This document shows positions 33,796 through 46,963 of a DNA stretch of 48,803 bases, one piece after another. The notes under the pieces were generated by a model that was given only the letters and a program-made list of their open reading frames with translations, had not been told where the DNA came from and did no database searches. Position numbers and translations under genes: made by a program. Each line of letters starts with the position of its first letter. Position 1 is the stretch's first letter. This stretch comes from Chiloscyllium plagiosum (lineage: Eukaryota). The DNA lies in NCBI RefSeq assembly GCF_004010195.1, contig NC_057744.1, positions 4,703,589 to 4,752,391 on the forward strand, in the 5' to 3' direction.

Positions 33796-36700
33796 GGAAC
33801 ATAGATACAGGAGCAGGCCATTCAGCCCCTCGCGCCTGCTCTGCCATTCAATAAGATCATGACTAATCAGTGGCCAAATTCCATATATCTGTCTGTGGTC
33901 CATATCCCTTAAGACCTTTGCTTAACAAAACGTATCTATCACAGATTTAAAATTAATAACTGGTGTAGCATTAACTGATGTTTATGAAAGAGAATTCCAT
34001 GCCTCTACCACATTTTGTGCAGAGGTACTTCCTAACATCTTGACTGAATGGTCTTACCCTAATGTTTAGACCAACCGTTAGTTCAAGAATCTTCAAACAG
34101 TGGGAATAGTTTACCTGTATCTGCCTTTTCTTGTTTATATCTTGAAGACTTTGATCAGATCACCCCTTAATTCTAAATGCTAGATAAAACAGACCTAATG
34201 TTTGTCAGCCCTCCTCATAATTTAACCTGTATCATTCTTGTAAGTCTACGTGGTACTCCGTCAAAGACTAATATATCCTTCCTAAGGTGTGGTGCCCAGA
34301 TCTGCTCACAGAACACCAAGTACAGTCAAACCAGGGGTTTTGTGAAACTGCAGCATATCTTCTGCATCCTTATTCTCCAATGCTCTAGATATAACAGCCG
34401 GCATTCCATTAGCGACCTTGATTATGGCATTTTAAAGATCTATGCACCAATTCCCTAAGTTTCTTTGGACATTCACTGCACTTAATGTTGCTCCATTGAG
34501 AAAATACCCTTATCCACCCTTTTCGGGTCCAAATTTGCTTACACTTGCTTACATTGAATTCTATCTTCTACAGTCTTGCCCATGCACTTGCTCTATCAAT
34601 ATCCTTTTGTAATTTTATGCTATCATTTACATTGTCTACAATGCCATCCAAGTTTGTGTCATCAGCAAATTTCGATGTATGACTTTCGACGCCATTATTC
34701 AAGTCATTAATAACTAATGTGAATAATTGAGGCCCAAACACAGATCCTTATGGGGCACTATTTGTCACGTCCTGCCAATTTGAGTATCTAGCCATCATCT
34801 CCATTTTCTGTTGCCTGACACTCAACCAATTCCTCAGCCATGTCAGTAATTTGCCTTCAATTCTCCACACTTCTACCATAGTTGACAGTCTCTTATGTCA
34901 GACGTTATCAAATGCCTTCAGGAAGTCACAGAGTCTTAGATAGCACAGCATGGAAACAGACCCTTTGGTCCAACTCATCCATGCCAACCGGATAACATAA
35001 ATTAATCTAGGCCCATTAGCCCGCATTTGGCCAATTTCCTTCTAAACCCTTCCTATTCATACATCCATCCAGATGCCTTTTAAATGTTGTAATTGTATCA
35101 GCTTCTACTACTTCCTCTGGCAGCTTATAACCTACATGCTGCACCACCCTCTATGTGAAGAAGTTGTCCCTTAAATTTATTTTATATCTTTCCCCCCTCA
35201 TCTTAAATCTATGTGTTCTAGTTTTGGAATCCCCCCTCCTGAGAAAAAGACCTTGATAATTCATCCTATCCATGGGTCTCATGATTTAATAAACTCTATC
35301 ACGTCACCCCTCAGCCTTTGACACACCAGGGAAACTAATCCCAGTCTGCTCTGCCTCTCCTCCAACCTTGGAACCATCCTTGTAAATCTTCTCTGCACCC
35401 TTTCAAGTTTAACAACATATATACAGCATCCATAGACATTCCCCTTAGTTACCTTTTTAAAAAATTCTCTGAAGTTTGTCAGGCATGACCAATCTGTCAT
35501 GAATCTATGCTGGCTCTCCCTGATTAACTGAAAAATTTTGAGGTGGTCCAATACCCTACCCTTGATTATAGACTCCAATAATCTTGCCACAACAGATGTT
35601 AGGCTAACTGGTCTGTAGGTCCCTGGTTTTTCATCCTTGATAAAAAATGAAATGTAATTTTACAATCCAGAGGGACAACTCCTGTGTCTGAGGAACTCTG
35701 AAAGATTAAGGTTAGGGACTCTATAATGTGCTCCTCTATTTCCTTTAACACCCTTGGATGGAAACCATCAGGTCTTGGGGATTTGCCAATCTTTACTTCC
35801 ATTAATTTCCTCATTATTGATATTTCACTTACATGAATTTTATTCAGTCCCTGTCCCTGATCCACTATTAATTTCGAGCAAGCTATCCTTCTTTTCTACA
35901 GTAAATACTGAGACAAAGTAATTATTAAACATGTCTGCTATTATTGGTAGTCCTTGACAATGTCCCCACATTCTTTCATGGACCAACATTACTGCTGAGC
36001 ACCTCCTTTCCCTTTTCGTAACTATAAAATTTCTGCTGATTGATTTTAATGTTCCTTGAAAATTTCCTTTCAAAATCCCTTCTAGAAGTTCTATAGTGTG
36101 TGGCCTTTTGTTAGTCTTTGTATCTTTTCCATTCAGCAGGGTCTGTGCTATTATTTACATTTTTGTCAGCTCTTTCTTTTAATTTTATGTGATCTCTTAT
36201 CACTTTAGTTGTTGATGGCTTTTTTTGTGAAGTGAAACTTTTCCACGTCAGGGTATAAACTGGTTTTGTATTACGTTCTGATTCTTGAAACATCCTCCAC
36301 AATACTTCAGTTGTTTGATTCATTCCCAGATTTTCCCAGTTTACTATGAACAGTCCCTGTCTCATCTCATTAAAGTCAGCTCTACCTCAATATAAAATTC
36401 TAGTAAATGATTCATGCTTTTTGCTTTCAAATACTACATTGAACTCAAACATGTTATGATCACTATTTGATAAATATTCTTTAGATAATTGATTAAATCT
36501 GGTTCATTATTCATTACTAGCTCCAATATTGCTTGACCCCTTTTTGCTTTGAGGACATATTGCTGTTGGAAATTATCCCGAACACACTCTGGACATTCAC
36601 TACCTTTCTGACAAATGCTTGACTGCCTCTCCCAATCTACATTAAAGTTTAAATTTCTCATTTAAACCACTCTGACTGCTACACATGTGCCAACTTCTGC

Positions 36701-37150
36701 ATTTATAAATCAAGCACTTCACACCTGCTAACAGGGGATTTATACACCTATTACAGCTTTAGATCCTTTACTGTTCCTCCATTCCACCCAAAAGGTCTCC
36801 ACTGAATGCTTTCCCCTCATTATCTCCTCCCTCAACATTGAAGTAATTTTATTTTAATAAGTGGGGCTCTTCCACCTCCTCTGCAGTTTCCCCTGTCTAT
36901 CCTGTAAATTTTAGAATCTGGGGAATGTAGTTCCCAGTCCAGACCATCCTGTAGCCATGCCATATTGATAGTTACTATGTCAAAATCTCCAATTTTAGTT
37001 TGTGACACAATGCATTTACTTTATTCCTTACAGTCATAAAAATAACTATTATTTGGGCCATAGACTGTAAACTATCCCTCAGAACCAATGCTTGATTCAC
37101 CTGTTCATTATTATTATTGGGAATAGTAAAGTAAGCTTTACTTGCAGTTG
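33796..37150 (-). mobile_element. Long decayed CR1 LINE (APE endonuclease plus RT), with a younger CR1 nested at ~34925-35415
   Basis: QQYV....RGQAILELVMNNEPDLI; KSP.PDGFHPRVLKE; IRESQH.FM...SCLTN; FADDT (gtgtcatcagcaaattt); 3' tail near 33800. Confidence 0.88.
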
Positions 37151-37159
37151 AAAAAAGTA

Positions 37160-37890
37160 GAGGCTGTTTTACCATATATCTAACGTTTTGTACTGGTCCT
37201 CGGAGTATTTGATAGGGGGGGGGGCAGAGAAAGCATTACTCTTTATCTAACCTTGTTTGTCTCTAGCCTCAGAATATTAGTTTGGGACAGTGTAGTGAAG
37301 GATTTATACTGGATCTAACCCTGTGCTGTATCTATCCTGGAGTACGAAGAGAGAGCTTTACTCTGTATCCAGTCCTATGCTGTACCTGTCCAGGGTGTGG
37401 TTGATAAGGACAATGTTGAGGGAGAACTACTTTCAGTTTAAAAGAATAGAGGGAGCTTTACCCTATATCAAACTGTATTAACCCTGTCTCATGAGTACTT
37501 GATGGGGACAGAATACTCTGCTTTACTCTGTATCTACTCCTGTGTTGTCCCTGTCCTGGGAGTGTTTGATAGGGACAGGAGAGTGAGTTTTACTGTGTAT
37601 CTGATTCCATGCCATACCTGTCCCAGGAGTATGCGATGGAGACAATATTGTGGGAGTTTTACTTTCCATTTACTTTCAGTTTTGAAGTGTGGAAGAAACT
37701 TTGCTCAGTGTCTGACCACGTGTCCCTGACCAGGGGGTGTTTAATGGGCATAGTGTCGAGGAGGTTTTATTGTCATTTTAAAACAGTAGAGGTAGCATTA
37801 CTCTCTATCTAACCTTGTGTAGTACCTACCTTGTGAGGGCTTGATGGGAACAGTGTCAAGGGACCTTTATTCTGTATTTAACACAGTATC
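37160..37890. repeat. ~70-bp satellite, right part (~10 degenerate units; another unit near 38320-38395)
   Basis: Same unit as 33585-33795. Confidence 0.8.
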
Positions 37891-39049
37891 TTAAAATATT
37901 ATAAAACAGCCAGAATTATTTCTTTAGAGGGTCAGGACTGTACCCTAGCAGATGATTATGCTCTACATCAATCTCCTTGCACTGCATTTACTGTGTCCCT
38001 ATTAGGAAATCCTTCTTCAGTCTTTCCTGGGGAGATTAAAGGATCTTTAACATTTCAGCTATTGAAAGCCTATTGTTAAAACTTTACTCCCAAATTCCAA
38101 GTAGGCACTGTCTAATAGGATAATGAAAATAAATATTTAATTAGATCCTTCAGAGAAGAATTGAATATAAGTTGAGGGAAAAGTAAATTTGACTGGATGT
38201 GGGAATGAGAGTGGAATGGGAATAATTTGATTGTTCTTTGGAAAAGTTAGCATATATTCAGTGGGGAAAATGACCTCTTTCTGTGCTGTCCAATGTTTCT
38301 GTGGAATAATGCAGATTGAGTATTTCACTATATCTAACCGGTACTGTATCTTGTGTGGTAGCATGTCAAGGGGCAAATGTAGCTTTTCTAACCAATGCTT
38401 AAGGGAAGGAAGAAGTGAGAGGGTGGAGGGAGTAGAACATTTGACTGAAACTATGGAATAGTGGGACTGGGCAATGAAGTGAATCAGCATTGAAGATGGT
38501 GCATGGAGGGTGAGTAGAGGAGGGATAAAGTGAGTCTGGGAAGGGAGGGAATGAGAGTGTGGTTGAGCTGGAAGGAATGAGAGTTAGTATGGGGAGGTGG
38601 TAGATTAGTGGCAATATCACTGGACTAATAATCCAGATGCCCAGTCTGATGGCAGCCAAAGATAGTGTTTGTCTTCCATCGGCAGCTGGTGGAACTTAAG
38701 TTTGATTAATTGTTTTTAAAAACATCTTGACTTGAGATGAGTCTTAATAATAGTCATGACACTATCATAAATTACTTTAAATACCCATCTGGTTTGCTAA
38801 TCTCCTGAAGAAACCTGCCACTTTTACTTGGTCTGGCTGACACATGACCATCTTCCTAGTGGGTGACTCTTAACTGTTCTCCAGCAAATTAAGGATGGGT
38901 GGCAAATGCTGGCCTCCTGAGAAATCCCCACATCTCAGGAGCAAATACAAAATAACTGGGCCCAATGATTAGGCCCTAAGTGGTTAAATAATCGCTCAAT
39001 CCTTTTGGGTTTTATTAAACCCTTAACGGTTTTGCGAATGATGAAATGA

Positions 39050-39955
39050 TGACCAGAATATCTTGATTTGATGGGCAAATGGGCCAAGGAGTAACAGATG
39101 GAGTTCAGTTTAGATAAATGTGAGGTGCTGCATTTTGGTAAGGCACATCAGGGCAGGACTTATACATTTAATGGTAAGGTCCTGGGGTATGTTGCTGAAC
39201 AAAAAGATCTTGGGTGCAGGTTCATGGTACTTTGAAAGTAGAGTTCAGGTAGACAGGGTAATGGAGAAGGAGAAAGTGAGGTCTGCAGATGCTGGAGATC
39301 AGAGTTAAGAGTGTTTTGCTGGAAAAGTACAGCAGATCAGGCAGCATCCGAAAATCGATGTTTTGGGCCGCAGCCCCAGTGAAGAAGGCATTTGGTAAAC
39401 TTGCCTTTATTGGTCAGTGCATAGAATATGGGAGTTGGTAGGTCATGTTGTGGTTGCACAGGACATTGGTTAGGCCACTTTTGGAATACTGCGTTCAGTT
39501 CTGGTCTCCCTGCTGTAGGTAAGCTGTTGTGTCAGAAAAGATTTACAAGGATGTTGCCAGCGTTGGAGGGTTTGAGTTACAGAGAGAGACTGAAAAGGCT
39601 GGGGCTATTTTCTCTGGAGTGTTGGAGGCTGAGGGATGACCTTATAGAGGTTTATAAAATCAGAGGGGCATGGATAGGGCGAATCATCAAGGTCTTTTCC
39701 CCACAGTAGGGGAGTCCAGAACTAGAGGATATATGTTTAAGGTGAGAGGGAAAAGATTTAAAAAGGGCCTAATGGACAACATTTTCACAGAGGCCTTCCT
39801 GATGGCTTCATTCCTGATGAAGGGCTTTTGCCTGAAATGTCGATTTACCTGCTCCTTGGATGCTGCCTGACCTGCTGTGCTTTTCCAGCACCACTCTAAT
39901 CTTGACTTTAGAGGGATATGGGCCTCTATGCTGGCAAATGGGACTAGATTATGTT
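39050..39955 (+). mobile_element. CR1 3' part interrupted by two Penelope-derived modules (39270-39378 -, 39795-39908 +)
   Basis: QKRFTRMLPALEGLSYRERLKRLGLFSLE..RLR.DLIEVYK; inserts match the Penelope-like 3' module; hammerhead-like ctgatgaagggcttttgcctgaaatgtc at 39814. Confidence 0.85.
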
Positions 39956-40766
39956 TCTCTGTTATACATCTCAGAAGCTATCCATTCCTCTGGAATCCAG
40001 TTATTCCCGGAGCAATATTCCACAGGAAACCGCTACTACTTAACCAATACTTATATGTGAGAATGGGCAATGAGTGGCAAAAGGACATTCCACTGTGGGG
40101 GTATTACTCAGCTAGAACCTATTTGAAGCATAGCCATTCATTTTCCAGTCAGAGAAGGTTCAGTGTATCTTTAGCTGATTTTTGGCTTCATTAATGAGGA
40201 GATGCTAAAGTCAATTGTTGCTGCCCCATCTGTGCTACATTAGCCCGTCAAATAATTATTTGTGCTGATAGAGAGAGGTTAGGTACAGAGAGAAATGCTG
40301 ACTTATGTTGGCTCACATTAAGCCTCAAATTTAAACTTCTCATCTTCGTGTTGAAATCCATCCATCACTTCCATATTGCTATAATCTGCTCTAGCCCCAT
40401 AACTCTCCAAGATATCTATTTTCCTGGACTCCAATGTGTATGCCCAATATTCATTGGTCCATTACCTAAAATAATCTACATACAGGCAAGATGTTGAGGG
40501 AGCTTGACAGGTTGAATACTGAATGGATGTTTCCTCTTGTAGGCAAGACTAGAGAGGAGGGAATAGCTTAAAACTAAGGGTCCCCCCCATTTAAGACAGA
40601 GATGAAGAGGATGTTTTGTCTCAGAGAGTCATGACAGTGAGGAAATCTCTTGCCCAGAGAGGGGAGGAAGTGGGGTTATTGAATACTATAAAAGCTGAGG
40701 TAGATAGATTCTTGACCAACAAACAAATCAAAAATTCAGTGGGAAACTAGAGTTGAGGCTACAATC

Positions 40767-42055
40767 TGGCAAAAGTGAGGACTGCAGATGCTGGGGATTA
40801 GAGTTGAGAGTGCGGTGCTGGAAAAGCACAGCAGGTCAGGCAGCATCGGAGGAGCAGGAGAATCAACATTTTGGGCATAAGCCCTTCATCAGGAATGAGG
40901 CTGTGAGACTCGGGGCGGAGAGATAAATGGGAGGGGGGAGGTTTGGAGGGAAGGTAGCTGAGAGTGCAATAGGTAGATGCAGGTGGGGGTAAAGGTGATA
41001 GGTCGGAGAGGACGGTGGAGTGGGTAGGTGGAAAGGCAGATGGACAGGTAGGACAGGTCATGATGGCGGTGCCGAGTTGGAAGATTGGAACTGGGATAAG
41101 GTGGGGGGAGGGGGGAAATGAGGAAATTGGTGAAATCCACATGGATGCCATGGGGTTGGAAGGTCCCGAGGTGGAAGATGAGGCGTTCTTCATCCAGGTG
41201 TTGGGTGGTTCGGGAGTGGCGATGGAGGAGACCCAGGACCTGCATGTCCTTAGCAGAATGGAAGGGGGAGTTGAAGCGTTCTACTACGGGGTGGTGGGGT
41301 TGGTTGGCGGAGACATCCCGAAGATGTTCTCTGAAGCATTGTGCAAGTAGGCATCCTGCCTCCCCAAAAAAGAGGAGACCGCATCGGGAGCAACAGTTAC
41401 AGTAAATGACGTGTGGAAGTGCAAGTGAAACTGTGATGGATGTGGAACACTCCTCTGGGGACTTGGAAGGAGGTGAGGGGCGAGGTTTGGGTGCAGGTGG
41501 CAATGCCTGTGGTAGCAGTGGAAGGTCCCAGGAGAGGAGGGTGCATTGGTGGGTTGCGTGGACCTGACAAAGGAGTTGCAGTGGGAATGGTCTTTATGGA
41601 AAGCGGATGGCGTGGGGAGGGAAATATATCTCTGGTGGTAGGGTCCATTTGTAGGTGGCAGAAATGGCGGAGGATGATACGATGTATATGGAAATTTGTG
41701 GGGTGGAAGGTGAGGACTGGGTGGACGGGTGGTGGAGGGGGGGGTCTGTCCATGTTGCGGTTGGAAGTCTGGGGTTCCAGGGCAGAGGTGCGGGAAGTAG
41801 ATCAGATGTGCTGGAGGGCATCATTAACCACCACGTGGGAGGGGAAACCGTGGTCTTTAAAGAAGGAGGCCATCTAGTGTGTTCTTTGATGGAACTTTGA
41901 TGGGAGGCGGAGGAATTGGGAGTACAGGATAGCGTTTTTACAGCGGGCAGGGTGGGAGGAGGTGTAATCCAGGTCACTGTGGGAGTCGGTGGGTTTGTAG
42001 TGCATGTTAGTGTTGAGTCAGTCACTGTTGATGGAGATGGAGAGGTCCAAGAAGG
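40767..42055 (-). mobile_element. Penelope-like retroelement (Neptune-type), RT C-terminus plus GIY-YIG, 5' truncated
   Basis: HVIYC.CCSRCGLLF.GE.G..LA..FREHLRD...PV.E.FNS..HS..DMQVLGL...E.RLIF.LGT.QPHGI.VDF. 10-bp TSD ggctacaatc (40757-40766 / 42056-42065) inside a CR1 3' UTR. Confidence 0.92.
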
Positions 42056-42237
42056 GGCTACAATCAGATCAGCTTCAAACCTATCAAATGGCACAGCAGG
42101 CTGGAAGGGCTGAATAGCCTTTTCCTGCTTCTAATTGATGTGGTCACATGCTCATGTGTACCTTCAGCTGCCTGGGCCCCAAGCCCTGGAATTGCTTTCC
42201 ACCAGTGAAATCTTCTTTAAGAAGCATAATAGCCACT

Positions 42238-43085
42238 TGAGTCATAGAGTCATAGAGATGTACAGCATGGAAACAGACACTTCAGTCCAACTTGTGTTTG
42301 CTGACTAGATATCCTAAGCTAATCTCGTCCCATTTGCCAGCACTTGGCCCATATCCCTCCAAATCTTTCCTGTTCATATACCCATCCAGATGCCTTTTAA
42401 ATGCTGTAATTGTACCAGCCTCCACCACTTCCTCTGGCAGCTCATTCCATACACACACCACCCTCTGTGTGAAAAGGTTGCCCCGAGATCCCTTTAATTC
42501 TTTCCCCTCTCACCCTAAACCTATGCCCTGTAATTCTGGACTACCCCATCCCAGGGAAAAGACTTTGTCTATTTAGCCTATCCATGCCCCTCATGATTTT
42601 ATAACCCTCCATAAGGTCACCCCTCAGTCTCCAATGCTCCAGGGAAAACAGCCCCAGCCTGTTCAGCCTCTCCCTACAGCTCAAATCCATCAACCCTGGC
42701 AACACTCTTTTAATTCTTTTCTGAACCATTTCATGTTTCACAACATCATTCTGATAGGAAGGAGACCAGAATTGCACACAAGTTTTCAAAAGTGGCCTAA
42801 CCAATGTCCAACTCCTATACTCAATGCTCTGACCAATAAAGGAAAACATACCAAACGCCTTCCTCACTATCCTATCTACCTGGAACTTTACTTTCAAGGA
42901 GCTATGAACCTGCACTCCAAGGTCTCTTTGTTCAGCAACACTCCCCAGGACCATAACATGTATAAGTCGTGCTCTGATTTGTTTTCCAAAATGCATCACC
43001 TCACATTTATCTAAATTAAACTCAATCCATTGGCCCATCTGATCAAGGTCCCATTGTACTCTGAGGCAACCTTCTTCGCTGTTTA
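42238..43085 (-). mobile_element. CR1 LINE 3' part
   Basis: EFNLDKCEVMHFG, RDLGVQVH.SLK, LVRP.L..CVQFWSP, RLRGDL; (gtcataga)n tail. Confidence 0.92.
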
Positions 43086-44574
43086 ATATACCACTACTTT
43101 GACCATACCTTTGATCACCTCTCCTAAAATCTTCATCCTTGTATTCATGCCAATACCTGTGGCTGAATAAATCCCTCCAACGTTTTGTGAGGGAATGTTT
43201 TACTTGGTGTTATCTAAATGCAAATTGTCATTTCTTTTTTTGTGTGGAAACAGGCCCTTCGGCCCAACAAGTCCACACCGCCCCTCTGAAGAGAAACCCA
43301 CCCAAAGCCATTCCCCTACCCTAAATTTTTCCCCCTGACTAACACTGTGGGCAATTTAGCATGGCCAATTTCTAAATGCAAGAAAGGATGCCAAGTGCTT
43401 TCCCTGAATTATATTGTCCTTCAGTGCTTTAAATGGCAAGGCCATCTGTTGTCGGATTTAGGAATGTCACTGTTTCTAACCAGTATGATGGTGGATTTGG
43501 ACAGGGAGGTAACAACAAGCAGAATGACAGCACCATTCACTGCTGTCGCTTGATGCTGAATACGTGGAATAGACTAGTCGAGAAATGTTTTCAGAAAATA
43601 AATGAATCATCCTTGGTCGAGGGTTACAGAGGTATTTGTGGACCAGATATGTTCTGGAAGGGGGTTACATACGGTTAGAGAGATTTGGATCTTCTGGAAT
43701 GGAATAAATGCCTGATATTGATCTGCATGAACTGTGGAATGAGTTGTGATTGGTAGCTCTATATATTTATTTTATTCAATCACAGGATGTGGTCATCACT
43801 AGTTGGGCCAGTATTTATTTGCCTGTCCCTATTGTTGCCCTTGAGAAGGTGGTGGTGAGCTGCCTTCTTGAACTGTTGCAGTCCACCTGCTCTTAGGGAG
43901 GGAATTCCAGGAGTTTGACCCAGCGACAGTGAAGGAATGGCGATATATTTCCAAGTCAGGATGGTGTGTGGCTCAGAGGGGAACTTGCAGGAGGTGATGT
44001 TCCCATGTATCTGCTGCTGTCATCTAGATGGAAGTGGTTGTGAGTGTGGAAGGTGAAGGTGAAGCTTCTCTTCTCTTGCACCCTCAGGGAAAATACAAAA
44101 ATGCAAATTTGAAATCACAACAGTTTTTACTACAAAAGACTGATCAATAAGTTGACACTAATTGGCTGAGGCATTGCCATGGAGAAAGCAATGGCAAACC
44201 AATCAGTCAACTTGCCAAACAAATCACCCTTTTCTTCCCTTGTAGTGTAAAATATTCTGACCTTTCCAAATTTAGCATTTGGCATTGTTGTTTCCGTCTG
44301 TAACGTGTCAGTAACAGGTCTCTGATCCTATCAACATCCACATTCTACACTACCAAGTAACTGTTTAATTGCCTAATTCTCATTTCAGGCTTTCTTGCAA
44401 CCTTAGATGATTTACCTATCAGACCTAAATCGAGAACATACTCTACTCCCGTAATTGATACAAAAACTAACATGCCCTTAGTGAAAATATCTTCACAATT
44501 TGGATTCATTTTCTGATTGATCATTGAATTATTACAATTTGCAGTATGGACTGTAGTCAACATGGGATTTTTTT

Positions 44575-44875
44575 TTAGATTAGATTAAATTACTTTCAGT
44601 GTGGAAACAGGCCTTTTGGCCCAACAAGTCCACACCAACCCGCAACCCACCCGGTTCCATTCCCGTACATTTACCCCTGCCCCTAACACTACGGGGCAAT
44701 TTAGCATGGCCAATTCACCTAACCTGCACATTTTTGGACTGTGGGAGGAAACCGGAGCACCCAGAGGAAACCCACGTAGACACAGGGAGAATGTGCAAAC
44801 TCCACACAATCAGTTGCCTGAGGTGGGAATTGAACCCGGGTCTCTGGAACTGTGAGGCAGCAGTGCTAACCACTG
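44575..44875 (-). mobile_element. HE1-type SINE (partial copy also at 43243-43370)
   Basis: V-domain and tRNA head; (agatt)n tail. Confidence 0.92.
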
Positions 44876-44883
44876 ATTTTTGT

Positions 44884-45015
44884 AAAAAACTACAAGAACT
44901 GCAGGTGCTGGAAATCAGAAACAAAACCAGAAGTTGTTGGAAAGCTCAGCAGGTCTGGCAGATCTGTGGAGATAAAGCACAGTTAGCTTTTCGGGACCAG
45001 TGACCCGTCCTCAGA
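44884..45015 (-). mobile_element. Short Penelope-derived module of another subfamily with a hammerhead-like core
   Basis: Reverse complement reads CTGAGGA-c-gggtc-actg-gtccc-GAAA; flanked by direct repeat actgatttt(t)gt. Confidence 0.65.
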
Positions 45016-45500
45016 ACTGATTTTGTTGTTACCTTTTAATTAGACAATTTATTTTAAAAGAAATAAGATTGATCAGTATTTATTGCCCTTCCATAGATGC
45101 CCTGAGGAGGAGGTGACAGGTCCTTTTCTTGACCCACTGAGCTCCTTGATGTTCCTACAATGGTAATTGTTCAACCCTAGAAATGACCCCATGGTGTTGG
45201 GGGTGATATAGCATGGATATAGGATTGGCTAACCAGTAGAAAACAGAGGTGGGGTAAAGTGGGCATTTTCTACAAGTCCACCTATAACGAATGGAGTGCT
45301 GGAGGTATAAGTGCTGCGTCTATAGTTATTTACAATATTAACAATGTAAGGGCTTTTGGGGGCAGTGGCAGTCTCTCTACCTTTAAGCCAAAAGGCCGAA
45401 GGTTTCAAGTCCCACAAACTCTAGAGGTATGTCATAAAATATCTGAACAGGTTATTTAAAACTATTTACATTAATGACTTGGATGAGGAAAGTGAATGTA

Positions 45501-45958
45501 CAAGTGAGTTTGGAGAAGATTTGTAGCTCAGGTTGAGGTTCTGGATGAAGGTTTGCTCGCTGTGCTGGAAGGTTCATTTTCAGACGTTTCATCACCATAC
45601 TAGGTAACATCTTCAGTGAGCCTCCGGACGAAGCACTGCTGATGTTTCCTGCTTTCGATTTATATGTTTGGGTTTCTTTGGTTTGGTGATGTCATTTCCT
45701 GTGTTGGTGTCATTTCCTATTGTGATGTCATTTCCTGTTTTTCTCTGGGGGGTGGTAAATGGGGTCCAAGTCAATATGTTCGTTGAGTTCCGGTTGGAAT
45801 GCCATGCTTCTAGGAATTCTTGTGCGTGTGTCTGTTTGGCTTGTCCTAGGATGGATGTGTTGTCCCAGTCGAAGTGATGTCCTTCCTTATCTGTATGTAA
45901 GGATACTAGTGAGAGAGGGTCATGTCGTTTTGTATCTAGTCGATGTTCCTGTATCCTG
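45501..45958 (-). mobile_element. Penelope/Poseidon-type element 3' end (GIY-YIG C-terminus)
   Basis: TRIQEH.L.TKRHDPLSLVSLH.DKEGHHFDWDNTSILGQA...HA.EFLEAWHS. 9-bp TSD gtgaatgta (45492-45500 / 45959-45967) inside a CR1 RT. Confidence 0.9.
45580..45619 (-). ncRNA. Minimal hammerhead ribozyme (Poseidon-type)
   Basis: Reverse complement reads tca-CTGAAGA-t-gttacc-tagtat-ggtgat-GAAAC-GTC-tga: helix I tca/tga, 6-bp stem II, GUC cleavage triplet. Confidence 0.75.
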
Positions 45959-46963
45959 GTGAATGTATTATCGTCAGATTTAAAATGACACAAAAATAGA
46001 TGGAAAGGCAAGTGTTGAGGATGACACAGTGAGTTCACAGAGAAATATAGACAGGTAGGTGAGTGGGCAAAGACTTGGCAGATGCTATTGGCAGATATTG
46101 GAGAATGTGAGGTTTTGCACTTTGGCACAAAGAATACAGGAGCTGAATATTATTTAAATGGAGAAAGGTGCAGCATTGCAGGGTTTGGGGGTCCAAATGC
46201 ATGACTCCCAAAAGTTAGCATCCAAGTTCAGTAGGTTATGAGGAAGGCAAATGGGCTGAGTTGGTGTTTATTTCAAAGAGAATAGAAAATACAAATAGCG
46301 AGGCCTTGCTAAAAGATACAAGGGAGCATTCAGACCACATCTAGACACTGTGAACAATTTTGGTCCCTTGAACTAAGGAAAGATACTCTGGCAGTGGAGG
46401 CAAAGATGATGCACTGGATTAATTTTGGGTTTGGAGGGATTTTCTTATGAGGAGAGGTTGAGTAGGTATTCCTTGGTGTTTAAAAGAATGAGCGGAGAGC
46501 TTATGGAAACATAAGATTCTTAGGGGACTTGATGTGGAGAGGTTGTTTCCCCTTGTTGAAAGTCTAGGACCAGAAGGTATACTCTCACAGTAAAAAGTCG
46601 TCCATTTAAGATAGAGGCAAATAGGATTTATTTTCTCTGAGGGTAGTAAATTTGTGGAATTCTTTACCACAGAGAACTATTGAGGCCAGGTCATTGGGTG
46701 TATTCAAGGCTGAGATAGACAGTGTTACAATCAGTATGGGAACCAAGGGTTATGGGAAAAGGCAGGAAAGTGGGAGTTGAGGATTACCAAAGCAGCCATG
46801 ATTTAATTGAATGGCAGAGCAGACTTGATGGGCTGAATGGCCTACTTCTGCTTCTACGACTTGTGGTTTTATGCTAACTAGCACTCATTTCAAACTTACA
46901 TCAGTAATTGCAGGCAGACAATTCAAAGTTGCAACTACTCATCCAGTTCACCAGGTGGAGTTA

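Larger units (their letters stand above)
45460..46872 (+). mobile_element. Decayed CR1 LINE 3' part (host of the Poseidon-type insertion)
   Basis: atttacattaatgacttggatgag (IYINDLDE), gaatgtgaggttttgcactttgg, and the 3' UTR gggctgaatggcctacttctg. Confidence 0.85.

Noticed and set aside
41015-42113. Multiple overlapping plus-strand ORFs
   Set aside because: Antisense shadows of the GC-rich Penelope-like ORF.
44345-44563. Hydrophobic ORF as a distant SCN2B exon 1
   Set aside because: No phase-1 GT donor after the hydrophobic stretch and no similarity to beta-2 leaders.
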